64,000 nucleotides of DNA from Candidatus Brocadiia bacterium (GTDB taxonomy: Bacteria > Planctomycetota > Brocadiia > SM23-32). The notes beneath the pieces were generated by a model. It did not search any database. It saw nothing but the letters and a program-made list of their open reading frames with translations, and was not told the origin of the DNA. The DNA lies in assembly GCA_046538485.1 (NCBI GenBank), contig JBKHIT010000019.1, positions 16,114-80,113 of the forward strand. The letters are read 5' to 3'. Below are positions 9,599 to 19,623 of this stretch, one piece after another; position 1 is the stretch's first letter; each line of letters starts with the position of its first letter. The translations under genes and the position numbers were made by a program.

Positions 9599-10429
9599 TT
9601 ACTCTTTTTCATGCTCCGCTTCAGCTTCAGGAGGTGGTGTTTCGAGAGCCCCGGTATTTTCTTTTATTATCTCGAAGATTCGCACTCCGATGCCGGTCAT
9701 TACACTTGTAAGCATCCCGCAGAGCATCATGATGAGGGCCATAGCAGAAGTTTCCATCAAAAAATCCCTCAGGCGTTTAATAGCAAAGGCAGATTTTCGC
9801 GGCGGGCCAAAGGGGTTGACTGGCCCCGAAGGCACCTTGAATAATGTGCACAAAAGGGTGAGGACAAGAACGAGAATAATAATTCCAATGAGAGAATTTC
9901 GGACTTTGTCGAGAGGTACGCCGGCCCCGAGAGACAGGCTGAACAGGAGAAGAAACAGGACATAGAGGCGGAAGTTGCCCCATTCGGCCTGAAATACGTT
10001 ACGCACAAGGCTGACTATAAGAAAACCGAGGCCTTTTATAAAGACGTGAAATCCGCCGGCGTCGAAAGAAGAGATTTCGGGTGCTTCCAGATCAAGGGAA
10101 AGCGGCGAACCGAGGGCAGCATTGGCACCCTGGAGGACTAAAGCACAGATAAAAAGCGGGGCAATTGGTACCATAAACTTCGAAACCGTTGCAAAGCCTT
10201 CCCCGGTGAAAGCCACCTCGCGTTCAGAAATATGATATATATTTGCGCGGTCGACTGTTGCGCCTGTGAGCATGGCAGTAACGGCGATTGCGAACTTTCT
10301 GATAATAACTCCCGGGGCGGCTATCCAGAGCAGGAATTTGTAACTAAAGGAACTGTGGAGCAGAGAGTGCATCATAGCTCCAATGAGCAAACAAAGACTG
10401 AGCCAGATGAACATCGCCACGAATTCCAT
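9599..10429 (-). CDS. multi-pass membrane protein resembling M50-like metalloproteases but lacking HExxH
   Basis: about 6-7 TM segments; APGVII-RKFAI-AVTAMLTGATV aligns by eye to PGV(I/V)-HELSH-xxxxLTGAKV; IAPLF motif. Confidence 0.7.
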   Translation of the reverse strand: MEFVAMFIWLSLCLLIGAMMHSLLHSSFSYKFLLWIAAPGVIIRKFAIAVTAMLTGATVDRANIYHISEREVAFTGEGFATVSKFMVPIAPLFICALVLQGANAALGSPLSLDLEAPEISSFDAGGFHVFIKGLGFLIVSLVRNVFQAEWGNFRLYVLFLLLFSLSLGAGVPLDKVRNSLIGIIILVLVLTLLCTLFKVPSGPVNPFGPPRKSAFAIKRLRDFLMETSAMALIMMLCGMLTSVMTGIGVRIFEIIKENTGALETPPPEAEAEHEKE

Positions 10430-10784
10430 GACAATATCCTTAAAAATCGCACACTGAATCCAGAAAAAGACATTCCTGAAAATTGATCATGCTACCGAGA
10501 CTAGTTTCCCACAGTCGCCCCCTTAATGTCAACAGGGAAATATTACAATCCAGCTTTTGAGTGGTGTTCTGGAGGCCCTTAAGGGTTGAAGAACTGGGCG
10601 GGCACTCCATATAATGTGGAGAAAACTGTATTGCATGCCCCGAGATGGGCCCCCGAATGCTTTGAAGAATGCAGTTTGGCTGTTTACCTGCGGCCTGTCA
10701 GTCGTTAAAATAAAGATGGCTCTTGGAAGTTTCACTTAGCCCGCGGAAAAACCGCGGCAGGTAGATGCGTTATAAGGCTAAATA

Positions 10785-13700
10785 ATGGGTAAAGAAGCTC
10801 CACAAACATTGGGACGGTGCAAATTGCAGAGGAAGCTCGGCGAAGGTGCTATGGGTGCGGTATACCTTGCGGAGCATACGACGTTGCAGATCCCCGTAGC
10901 GGTCAAGCTGCTTCCGGAACGCATGCTCAAATCCAGCGACCAAAGCGCCGAAAGATTTATGCAGGAAGCGCGCATTGCTGCCAAACTCCATCATCCCAAT
11001 ATTGTCAGGGTGTATGACTGCGGGCAGGAAAGCGGTCTTTACTATCTTGTGATGGATTATATACAGGGCGAGACAGTCGCCGACCGGCTGCTTCGCGAAG
11101 GGCGGTTCGACTGGGAAGAAGGGGTGAGAATCGTCGTTTCTGTTGCTGGCGGACTTCATTCGGCCGCAGATAAGGGAGTTATACACCGTGATATAAAGCC
11201 AGATAATATTATGCTTGATACCGAAGACGTGCCACTTATCACGGATCTCGGTGTCGCAAAACTGGCCGACGTGACCGATTCGTCCGAGACGAAGGATGAC
11301 GCAATGTTGGGCACGCCTTTTTATATGAGCCCGGAACAAGTGCGGGACGCACGGGATGCTGATGTTCGTTCTGATATCTACTCGCTGGGCGCCAGTCTTT
11401 ATCATATGGTCTGTGGCGAACCACCATTTCAGGGGGGAAGCATATATGAGGTTATGAATAAACAGTTGCGCGATCCTGTTCCTTCGCCGCGCGAAAAAGT
11501 GCCCGAAATCCCCGATACCCTGTGCGACGTACTGGCGAAGACGATGGCCAAAAGTGCTGATCACCGTTACCAGGATTACGCTGAGTTGATCGAAGACCTG
11601 GGGCATGTGCTTGCCGGCGAACCCGTTTCAGCTGAAGGGGCCGAACGTGAGTTGCAAAAAGAGGCTGTTTCGGAAGGGGAAACCCTTGAACAGCTGCGTG
11701 GCGGGGAGATAAGCGGAGAAGAGATTCCAGAGCCTGCCACCGCTGTGGCAGCACAAGTATTAGGGATGACTGGAATTATTCTGTTTGTCGGCGGCATTGT
11801 CTTTTCTTACCGGGGTGTTCTTAATATGCAAAAGTACGCGGGCTGGGGGTTTGGCGCATTGGCTCTGATATTAACGTGTGTTACTATTTTCAGGAAAATC
11901 AGGCCCAAGAGCGAAAAAATAACAGAGGAAACCGCTGACAGAAGTCGGGAAAGAAAACTGTCATTGTTGAGTATGCTTACCGAAGGACTCGGTTTTTCAA
12001 CCCCGGACTTCTATATATCGACAAAAGAAAGTGCCCGGTCTTTTTGCTCCGCACTCGGACGAAAGTGCAATATTGTGCTTTCAGAGGAGAGGTTGTTGAA
12101 GTACGAAATGACCGATATGGAGGTGACTACTCTGTTGTGTCAAAAATTGGGGGAATTCTACTATGGTCACGCCCTGCTGATGACAGTTCTTGATGGGCCC
12201 TTACGATTTTTCAACTTCGTTATGAAGCCCATTGATCGTCTGTCGATTTGGGCTGTTGATCGGGTAAGCCGTAGAGGCAGGAAATTGAGCGCGATGGCGA
12301 TAACACTGTGTTTCGTCGTGTTTGCTGCTGTCCTCGGGGTGGTGCTTTTCTTTAATACCTCATTTGGGTTTGGGGTTTTATTTCTACTTCTTGCTGGATT
12401 CCTGGCGCGCACAACGAAACGATATAGCCGGTACGCGTGCGATTCTTTTGCGGCGGCCGTACTTGCTGATACGGAACCGATAAAGTCGATCTGTGCGAAA
12501 GAAGCCATGCTGGAACCTCAGGGCTTGAAAACGATGTTGATTCGGGCAGACGTTGAATTGCCAAAAGAAGATGATGATGAAGAAATGATTCTCGAAACAG
12601 GGGAAATAATTAAATTCGCGTCTTTCTATTCTGGGAAGGAATGGCAGGCCGGGACTATTTCACGGTGGGAGGAGTTTTGGACCGGTCATGCGAAACCGGC
12701 GCTACGTATTAATATGGTTTCGGATGTCGAACCTGAACAGGCACCGACAATTCCCAAAGTGATAAATGACATTGTTCGGGAATGGGGGAGGATGCTCGGA
12801 GGAAGCAGTGAAGCACCGGCAACGATGATACCTGAGCCGGATAGAACGATGCCCTCGGTTCTGCTGGGAGGAATCGGAGGAATTCTTTTGAGCGCGGGCA
12901 CTTTTTTGCTGCTTTTGCAAGAACAACAGGTCTACCTTGCATTTGCACTCGGTATCGTTCTTGTATCACTTACGCTGGGAGTGGTGGTGGGTCGGGCGCA
13001 CCGCGAAAAAGAAAGCAGTCCACACGACCTTGTGCTTTCTGTTCTTGCTTCATTCGTAGGAGTGACCGTGCCCTATGTGCTGTTTTTCGGTTTTTTGCCG
13101 GGGCTCATGTACTCTCAGGCCATTCTTCAAGTGCCGACGGTTTTTATATTGAGCGGAGTTCTTATTTCGGCTGGTATTCGTCTGGCCTTAAGCAGACCCA
13201 AGAAACGCGTTGAAGAAGAGTTGGAAGAAGAGGCAGAAGGGGAAGCCGCAAAAAGTGAAGAAGAGTGGACGATCGAGGGTGAAGAGGCTGGGGAAGCAGC
13301 GGGCTGGTTCGATGAATTAAGCCTGGAGGAGGGCGAGGAAGAGGAAGAAGTTGGCGAAGAAGAGTTTGGTTCTGGGGAGCCCGATTTTGGCGAGAAAGAG
13401 GGCCTCGAAGGTCCGGGGGCAGAGGAGGAGATGATCGATGAAGGAGAGAAGGAAGAGATAGAAGAGGAAGAAATTGGGGAAGAAGAGTTTGATTCTGAGG
13501 AGCCCGAGTTTGGCGAGCAAGAGGGGCTTGAAGGTCCGGGGGCAGAGGAGGAGATGATCGATGAAGAAGAGAAGGAAGAGATAGAAGAGGAAGAAATTGG
13601 GGAAGAAGAGTTTCGTTCTGAGGAGCCCGAGTTTGGCGAGCAAGAGGGGCTTGAAGGTCCGGGGGCAGAGGAGGAGATGATCGATGAAGAAGAGAAGGAA

Positions 13701-14897
13701 GAGATAGAAGAGGAAGAAGTTGGAGAAGAAGAGTTTGGTTCTGAGGAGGCCCATTTTGGCGAGCAAGAGGGGCTCGAAGGTGCAGGGGCAGAGGAGGAGA
13801 TGGTCGGTGAAGAAGAGGGGGAAGAGATAGAAGAGGATGAAGAAGTCGGTGGATTTGAGGAAGAGGCTGAAGATGGCGTAGAAGGCCAGAAAGTTGCTGC
13901 TACGAAGGATGTCAAGACAGAACAAGATCAGGGAACAGAAAGCACGTCGGAAGAGGAACATTTAGCAAGACAAGAGGGTATGGAAGAGGCAGAGAGTGGA
14001 GAATATGGCGAAGCAATGAGCGGAACAACCGAGAAGGGGGAATGGGAAGGGGCAGAAACGGAAGAAACGGAAGGCGAGGAGGCCAGTGTAGATTATAAGG
14101 CGGTAGATGTAGAAGAGCGGGGAGAGACGGAGGAGCAAACGCCAGAGGATGAAGTTGGCGTTGACGAGGCTGCCCCGGGAGAAGAGGAGTGGGATATTCA
14201 GGGCGAGGAAGAGGAAACGCAAGAAGAGGCGGAGCAACCGGGAGCTGGTTCGGAGATTCAGGGTGGAGAGCACGGTGAGCCGGAAGAGACAGAGAATTTG
14301 CCGGGCCGAACTGGAGTTCGTCGGGGCGGAAGCAACAGGGGAAAGTCGGAGGAGTCCGAAGAAACTGGGGAGGCGAGGTGGGAAGCTGGAGGGACCGGGA
14401 CGGAGGGAACGCCGGAAGATTCAGAGGATCAGTATGGAGAGAGTGAGAAAGCCCAAAGAGGCTATGATTTTGAGGGTGAGGGGAAATTGACTCAACATCA
14501 GAAAACTGAACAAGAAGCGGAGAGCGGAGAGGGGACGGGGATAGAACAAGGGGAGACAGAGGGGCGAAAGTGGAGCGAGGCGGATGAGGCCGATTACGGT
14601 GAGGCGCAAGAAACTGAAACGGAAAACACACAGGCCGAGCAAGTGAGGGGGGACGATGGAGGTGGCCCTGAAACGTTCAGGCCGAGGGAATACGGGGCAG
14701 ACCAGGGTGATGCTGATATGGAGCTGGAAGGTGAGCATGCGGGGGTAGGAGACGACGAAAGCCTGGTATCTGAGAAGCTGGACGATGATTTTCAGTCAGA
14801 CGATGACGAAGCAAGCAGTGGGCAGGAAGATATTGCTGCAGAGCAAGAAGACAGCGAGGAACAGGACGAAGGGAACGAATGGGAAGGGATGTTGTAA
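10785..14897 (+). CDS. Ser/Thr protein kinase fused to a degenerate M48/HtpX-like domain, TM helices and a Glu-rich tail
   Basis: LGEGAMGAV, VAVK, HRDIKPDN, TDLG, GTPFYMSPEQ; HtpX-like segment about 11955-12715; acidic tail from about 13210. Confidence 0.92.
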   Translation: MGKEAPQTLGRCKLQRKLGEGAMGAVYLAEHTTLQIPVAVKLLPERMLKSSDQSAERFMQEARIAAKLHHPNIVRVYDCGQESGLYYLVMDYIQGETVADRLLREGRFDWEEGVRIVVSVAGGLHSAADKGVIHRDIKPDNIMLDTEDVPLITDLGVAKLADVTDSSETKDDAMLGTPFYMSPEQVRDARDADVRSDIYSLGASLYHMVCGEPPFQGGSIYEVMNKQLRDPVPSPREKVPEIPDTLCDVLAKTMAKSADHRYQDYAELIEDLGHVLAGEPVSAEGAERELQKEAVSEGETLEQLRGGEISGEEIPEPATAVAAQVLGMTGIILFVGGIVFSYRGVLNMQKYAGWGFGALALILTCVTIFRKIRPKSEKITEETADRSRERKLSLLSMLTEGLGFSTPDFYISTKESARSFCSALGRKCNIVLSEERLLKYEMTDMEVTTLLCQKLGEFYYGHALLMTVLDGPLRFFNFVMKPIDRLSIWAVDRVSRRGRKLSAMAITLCFVVFAAVLGVVLFFNTSFGFGVLFLLLAGFLARTTKRYSRYACDSFAAAVLADTEPIKSICAKEAMLEPQGLKTMLIRADVELPKEDDDEEMILETGEIIKFASFYSGKEWQAGTISRWEEFWTGHAKPALRINMVSDVEPEQAPTIPKVINDIVREWGRMLGGSSEAPATMIPEPDRTMPSVLLGGIGGILLSAGTFLLLLQEQQVYLAFALGIVLVSLTLGVVVGRAHREKESSPHDLVLSVLASFVGVTVPYVLFFGFLPGLMYSQAILQVPTVFILSGVLISAGIRLALSRPKKRVEEELEEEAEGEAAKSEEEWTIEGEEAGEAAGWFDELSLEEGEEEEEVGEEEFGSGEPDFGEKEGLEGPGAEEEMIDEGEKEEIEEEEIGEEEFDSEEPEFGEQEGLEGPGAEEEMIDEEEKEEIEEEEIGEEEFRSEEPEFGEQEGLEGPGAEEEMIDEEEKEEIEEEEVGEEEFGSEEAHFGEQEGLEGAGAEEEMVGEEEGEEIEEDEEVGGFEEEAEDGVEGQKVAATKDVKTEQDQGTESTSEEEHLARQEGMEEAESGEYGEAMSGTTEKGEWEGAETEETEGEEASVDYKAVDVEERGETEEQTPEDEVGVDEAAPGEEEWDIQGEEEETQEEAEQPGAGSEIQGGEHGEPEETENLPGRTGVRRGGSNRGKSEESEETGEARWEAGGTGTEGTPEDSEDQYGESEKAQRGYDFEGEGKLTQHQKTEQEAESGEGTGIEQGETEGRKWSEADEADYGEAQETETENTQAEQVRGDDGGGPETFRPREYGADQGDADMELEGEHAGVGDDESLVSEKLDDDFQSDDDEASSGQEDIAAEQEDSEEQDEGNEWEGML
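13338..13829 (+). repeat. intragenic tandem repeat, 4 x 123 bp (41 aa)
   Basis: units start at 13338, 13461, 13584 and 13707; consensus EEEE(I/V)GEEEFxSEEPxFGEQEGLEGPGAEEEMIDEEEKEEI. Confidence 0.95.
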
Positions 14898-14970
14898 ACG
14901 CTATTAAGCCGGGAAATAAGATTTTACAGTAAACCGAGGGCCGGATATCGCAGGTTCGTATCGCGGGTTA

Positions 14971-16404
14971 TCAGGGTTGATTGGGAGCCGGGGCCGGCGC
15001 TGTGGTGCTGGGAGGGGCAGACGGCCTCATGCTCATCATCATGAAATACGGGATGGCCATCTGGCACAGGAGCAATTCAGGAGATAACTTTGCTATTACA
15101 TCTTTGTCCTTCGTGGTTGTATTCCAGAAGGTTGTGCCCTCGCGGTATTTATCGAATATGTTGCCGACCATGCTGGCCATGCGGGGGTTGTCCAGTTGTT
15201 TGAGCATCAGTTCACGCGTGAGCTTTTCCGCGGTATCCAGGGAACCGCTGAGCGAGGACGCGGTGCCGGTATCGGGACAATGGGCGATCACGGAAATCTT
15301 CTGATTTTTCGCGGACATAGCTTCAAAACTCTCTCCCCGGATAATACTCCGCCCGATCATCAGCCAGGCTGATGCCACTTCAACTTCGGGATTATCCGGT
15401 TGGTTTTGAATGTCTTCATCCGCGTCGTTCAGAACTTCTTGCAGGAGATCCTTCTGATTTTTTGAAAGCGCTCCCGAAGCGGCCCAGGGGGAAGCACCGC
15501 TCCTGACAGTTTCAAAAGCAGGTTTGGCGTTGGGGGGAAGGGAGGCGGCTTTCCCTGATTCTATATCTTTCAGAGCCATTTCCATGTGTTCGGTTCCGTT
15601 AGTCCCTCCTACGCTGAAAACGAGAGTGTTCTTATCCACGAGGCAAATAGCGGGACCGTAACGTTTGTGATAGACGGTCTGGTTGCCGATTTGGGCTTTA
15701 TCCATATTGTTTTCACAGACTTTCTCCAGTTTCTCGGGGTCGCAGAGCCCTTTGAGCACGAAGGCTGCATAGCCCGTCTCCTGTCCTATGTTTGTGGGAA
15801 AAAGGCCGACAACCCCGTCGATTCGGAGGTTTCCCACTGTTTGAAGCGTTTTGAGAAGGGCCTTATTGGTTTCGGGAATGGCCTTTTTGGCCTGCTGGGG
15901 ATACTTTTGGAGGAGTTTGTCGAGTGTCGGCAGATTTTTCCGCATCATATCGAAATGATACTGGAGTTTTTTGCCCCGCGACTTGTTCGTCAGGACCGTA
16001 CACAAAACGAAACCGATATCTGCGGGCACGTTTTTGCTCAGTGTTTGAAGAACTTTCTTGCGATCGGGCCGGGGTAGGTCTTTTCCTTCGATGACCGCGA
16101 TCGCCTGTGCTGCAGCATCGCTGAGCGTTATATCGTCGCCCCGCGCAATTTTTTGCAGTTGAGGTATGGCTTTCTCAACCTTCATTTTTTCCAGAGCCCG
16201 AATGGCAAGTAGTTTTTTCACATACGCGTTTTCGGTATCGGGGCCGGCATCAAGCAAGTTCAGGAGATTCTCCTGGTTGGTGGTGATTTGCATTGTCTGC
16301 AATGTTTCAGTAGGTTCCAGGAAAGACGCCAGGTCACCAGGAGGTGCCCCGGTAATATTGGTGGCCAGGAGTAAAAACCACATTGGCATGATTGACATGA
16401 ACAT
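14971..16404 (-). CDS. exported hypothetical protein with N-terminal HEAT-like repeats
   Basis: hydrophobic N-terminus; LAIRALEKMKVEKAIPQL..AAAQAIAVI HEAT-like pattern; AAAGGA RBS. Confidence 0.7.
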   Translation of the reverse strand: MFMSIMPMWFLLLATNITGAPPGDLASFLEPTETLQTMQITTNQENLLNLLDAGPDTENAYVKKLLAIRALEKMKVEKAIPQLQKIARGDDITLSDAAAQAIAVIEGKDLPRPDRKKVLQTLSKNVPADIGFVLCTVLTNKSRGKKLQYHFDMMRKNLPTLDKLLQKYPQQAKKAIPETNKALLKTLQTVGNLRIDGVVGLFPTNIGQETGYAAFVLKGLCDPEKLEKVCENNMDKAQIGNQTVYHKRYGPAICLVDKNTLVFSVGGTNGTEHMEMALKDIESGKAASLPPNAKPAFETVRSGASPWAASGALSKNQKDLLQEVLNDADEDIQNQPDNPEVEVASAWLMIGRSIIRGESFEAMSAKNQKISVIAHCPDTGTASSLSGSLDTAEKLTRELMLKQLDNPRMASMVGNIFDKYREGTTFWNTTTKDKDVIAKLSPELLLCQMAIPYFMMMSMRPSAPPSTTAPAPAPNQP

Positions 16405-16610
16405 GATCGGAATCCTTTTCCGTAGAAAAGTACATTTTTAGTTTTACTGCCCGAACGGTGCTTTATGGTAGCAACAACCCCCGGGATGCGCAAACGGCAC
16501 CTGCCCCTTGTTTATCGCCCTGGGGTATCGCCGGAGACGCACGGAGAGACAAATCTGCGTCCTTTTCCGTCCGGGATACCAAAGCGCACCATGATGGAGA
16601 GGTGCCCGGG

Positions 16611-19610
16611 TTACGATTGACCGGGGAAAAGGGGCGTTTGCCAGGCGTCCTTGAGCTCCTTGAGAGGGGTATCAATGACGGGGTAACCCTCAAGCCCGGT
16701 TATTGTTAACGTTGTGTTTTCGACAAGCCGTCCGATTTCCCGGGCAGGCAGCCCACTGAAAATTTCTTCAAATTGCTCTTTGTGCTCCGGGCGTACCTCG
16801 ACCAGGAAACGGCTGTTGGATTCGCTAAACAGAAGAACATCGTCGCGCTCAACCGTTGCATCACCGCTTCGGGGTATTTCTCGTAGCGCAATCTCAAGAC
16901 CAATCTCGCCGGCGAACGCCATTTCGGCGGCAGCGACGGCGAGTCCTCCCTCAGACAGGTCGTGACAGGACCGAACGAGGCCCTGCTGGTTGGCCCGCGA
17001 TATATTCTCCATGATGGTCCGTGCGGAATCGGCGCGGACCTGTGGGACGCTTTGACCGAGGAGACCGAAGAGTTCGTAGTAATGGGATCCGCCGAGTTCG
17101 GGCCATGTTCCTCCGACCATATAGAGGGAGTTCCCTGTGTTTTTCAGGTCCATACTTATGGCGGATTTAACATCATCCATTACGCAAATCGCACTGATAA
17201 GCAAGGTTGGGGGGATGGCGATGGTTTCTTCGCCGGTATTGAATTCATTATTCAAGCTATCTTTGCCGCTGATGAATGGGACGCGGAAACCTTTAGCGAA
17301 ATCGTAACACGCCAGACAGGCCCTGACGAGCGTGCCGAGCTGCTCAGGTTTGCGGGTATTGCCCCAAGAAAAGTTGTCGAGTATTGCGGCCCGTTGCAAA
17401 TTACCACCCACTGCCACCAGATTTCTCAGGGCCTCATCAATGGCGCTGGAGGCGCTGTGGTAGGTGTCGATATCGCCGTATTTTGGGTTCATCCCGCAGG
17501 ATATTGCAACTCCTTTTGGGGAACCAAGCACGGGTGCGAGGACGACCCCATCACCGGGCCCATCATTTGCGACGCCCACGAGTGGTTTCAGAACAGTCTG
17601 CCCCTGAACCTCGTGGTCGTACTGGCGTATGATCCATTCTTTGGAGCGGACATTGGGGGCGGCAAGTATTTTTTTTAGATCTTCTGTGTATTCATCTTGA
17701 CCGTTCAAAAGTTCTTCACAGGCGGCTTTTTCCCGGTCGGAAGCAGACTTCATCGTTTCAGGCAGAAGCGGATCCGGGTATTCTTCCGGCACCCAGCGTG
17801 CCGTTTCAGTGAAACGGGGCAGCCCCTCGTGCACGAAATCCATATCCATTTCAGCGACGTTCCTGCCCTGGTATTTGACGGTGAGGGTGTCATCATCGGT
17901 GAACCGTCCGATAACGGTGGCTTCGACGTCTTCGCTCTCAAAGATGTCCAGAATTTCGTCAAGGTTTTTGGGGGGAACTGAGAGCACCATTCGTTCCTGG
18001 GCTTCGGAGATCCAGGTTTCGGTGTAGGATAGCCCCTCGTATTTGAGCGGGACGTCGGCGATTTCCGCTTCTACCCCGGTATGTTCGCCCATTTCTCCCA
18101 CCGCGCAGCTCAGTCCACCTGCACCACAATCCGTGATGCAGGAAAACAACCCACGATCGCGGGCTTTCAGGAGTGTATCGAGGACTTTTTTCTCGGTGAT
18201 GGGATTGCCGATTTGGACGGCGCCGCTTGAGATATCTTCGCTTTCGCTGGTCAGTTCGACGGATGAGAAGGTAGCGCCGTGAATCCCGTCACGCCCCGTG
18301 CGTCCGCCGACCACGAGCACATAATCGCCGGGGTTGACCTTTTTTTCGACCTGGTCAGCGGGAATTAGTCCGACATCGCCGCAGTAGACGAGGCAATTCC
18401 CGGTGTAGCGTTCGTCAAAATAGACCGCACCGTTGGCCGTCGGGATACCCATCCGGTTTCCGTAGTCGCGCACGCCGCTGACGACGCCCTTCAGAACGCG
18501 TTTGGGGTGGAGTGCTCCCGGGGGAACCTGTTCTTCGGGCATGTCGGGGGGACCAAAACAAAACACATCGGTATTCATGATCGGTTTGGCTCCAAGGCCC
18601 GTTCCCAACGGGTCACGGATAACACCGCCGATACCGGTATTAGCGCCCCCATATGGTTCAATGGCACTCGGATGGTTATGCGTTTCGACCTTGAAACAGA
18701 CAGCCTCTCCGTCGCCGAATTCTATCACCCCAGCATTATCGACGAACACGCTGAGGCACCAGGACCTGTCGAGTTCACGTGTGACGCGGGCGATTGTTTC
18801 TTTCAGAAGATTGTCAATAATGAGCCGTCCGTTTTTATCTTCATAATCCTCCCATCCACTCGGGACAGGTCCTGTGTAGGTGACGTGCCCTTTGAGTGTT
18901 TTATGCACGCAGTGTTCGCTCCAGCTCTGGGCAAGAATCTCCAGTTCAAGGTCAGTTGGATCACGACCAAGATCGGAGAAATGCTGCTGGATCGTTTTCA
19001 TCTCGTCCAGCGTCAAAGATAAGACGCCTTCCTTGCTGATACGCATTAACTCAGCGTCGTCTGCTTCGCGAAGAGGAACGGTTTTTTTATCAAATTCATA
19101 GTCGAGAGTTATGAGTGGGTATTTAACATCGGGTTCGTTGATATGGACTTCTTCGATGGTGGTGTTAGCAAGGGACTTTGTGGCAATTCGCTCAAGCTGC
19201 TGTTGAGATATATCACCGTGCAAAAAGTATTTCTGTGCTGTACGAATGGAACTAATTTTTTCGCCCAGCCCCAGATCGGCGGCGCCTTTCATGGCGCTTT
19301 GTTGAACCGGGTCCATGACGCCTTGTTTGCGGCTGATCTCAATTGTCTGAGCGTCCCGGGTTTCGGCCCAATCCCAGGTAATATCATCTCCGTTGCAAAT
19401 CCGGTACTCTTGCACGACGGGATCGAGGAAGAGCTGTTCCGAGAGCTGGCGGACTTCTTCTTCATTAAGTTTCCCGTCGACTATATAGATGTCGACAGAG
19501 TTTATCTCGATTACCGATTCTGCCCCCAGATCGCGGGCCTCGGCAAGTGCTCTGAGTCCTTCGGGGTCTTTGGCGTCAGGTTTGTGGATGACCTCAATCC
19601 GATACTGCAT
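16611..19610 (-). CDS. purL: phosphoribosylformylglycinamidine synthase subunit PurL with N-terminal PurS-like domains
   Basis: SWSEHCVHK, KVETHNHPSAIEPYGGA, DCGAGG, SEAQERM, ISGKDSLNN, HDLSEGGL; ATG at 19610. Confidence 0.96.
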   Translation of the reverse strand: MQYRIEVIHKPDAKDPEGLRALAEARDLGAESVIEINSVDIYIVDGKLNEEEVRQLSEQLFLDPVVQEYRICNGDDITWDWAETRDAQTIEISRKQGVMDPVQQSAMKGAADLGLGEKISSIRTAQKYFLHGDISQQQLERIATKSLANTTIEEVHINEPDVKYPLITLDYEFDKKTVPLREADDAELMRISKEGVLSLTLDEMKTIQQHFSDLGRDPTDLELEILAQSWSEHCVHKTLKGHVTYTGPVPSGWEDYEDKNGRLIIDNLLKETIARVTRELDRSWCLSVFVDNAGVIEFGDGEAVCFKVETHNHPSAIEPYGGANTGIGGVIRDPLGTGLGAKPIMNTDVFCFGPPDMPEEQVPPGALHPKRVLKGVVSGVRDYGNRMGIPTANGAVYFDERYTGNCLVYCGDVGLIPADQVEKKVNPGDYVLVVGGRTGRDGIHGATFSSVELTSESEDISSGAVQIGNPITEKKVLDTLLKARDRGLFSCITDCGAGGLSCAVGEMGEHTGVEAEIADVPLKYEGLSYTETWISEAQERMVLSVPPKNLDEILDIFESEDVEATVIGRFTDDDTLTVKYQGRNVAEMDMDFVHEGLPRFTETARWVPEEYPDPLLPETMKSASDREKAACEELLNGQDEYTEDLKKILAAPNVRSKEWIIRQYDHEVQGQTVLKPLVGVANDGPGDGVVLAPVLGSPKGVAISCGMNPKYGDIDTYHSASSAIDEALRNLVAVGGNLQRAAILDNFSWGNTRKPEQLGTLVRACLACYDFAKGFRVPFISGKDSLNNEFNTGEETIAIPPTLLISAICVMDDVKSAISMDLKNTGNSLYMVGGTWPELGGSHYYELFGLLGQSVPQVRADSARTIMENISRANQQGLVRSCHDLSEGGLAVAAAEMAFAGEIGLEIALREIPRSGDATVERDDVLLFSESNSRFLVEVRPEHKEQFEEIFSGLPAREIGRLVENTTLTITGLEGYPVIDTPLKELKDAWQTPLFPGQS

Positions 19611-19623
19611 TGGGGACCTCGTC

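Noticed and set aside
13338..13829. CRISPR-like periodicity
   Set aside because: Whole 123-bp units repeat in frame within a CDS; no unique spacers and no cas genes
13127..14738. Long Ser/Phe/Leu/Pro-rich minus-strand ORFs
   Set aside because: Antisense shadows of the purine-rich Glu-coding tail
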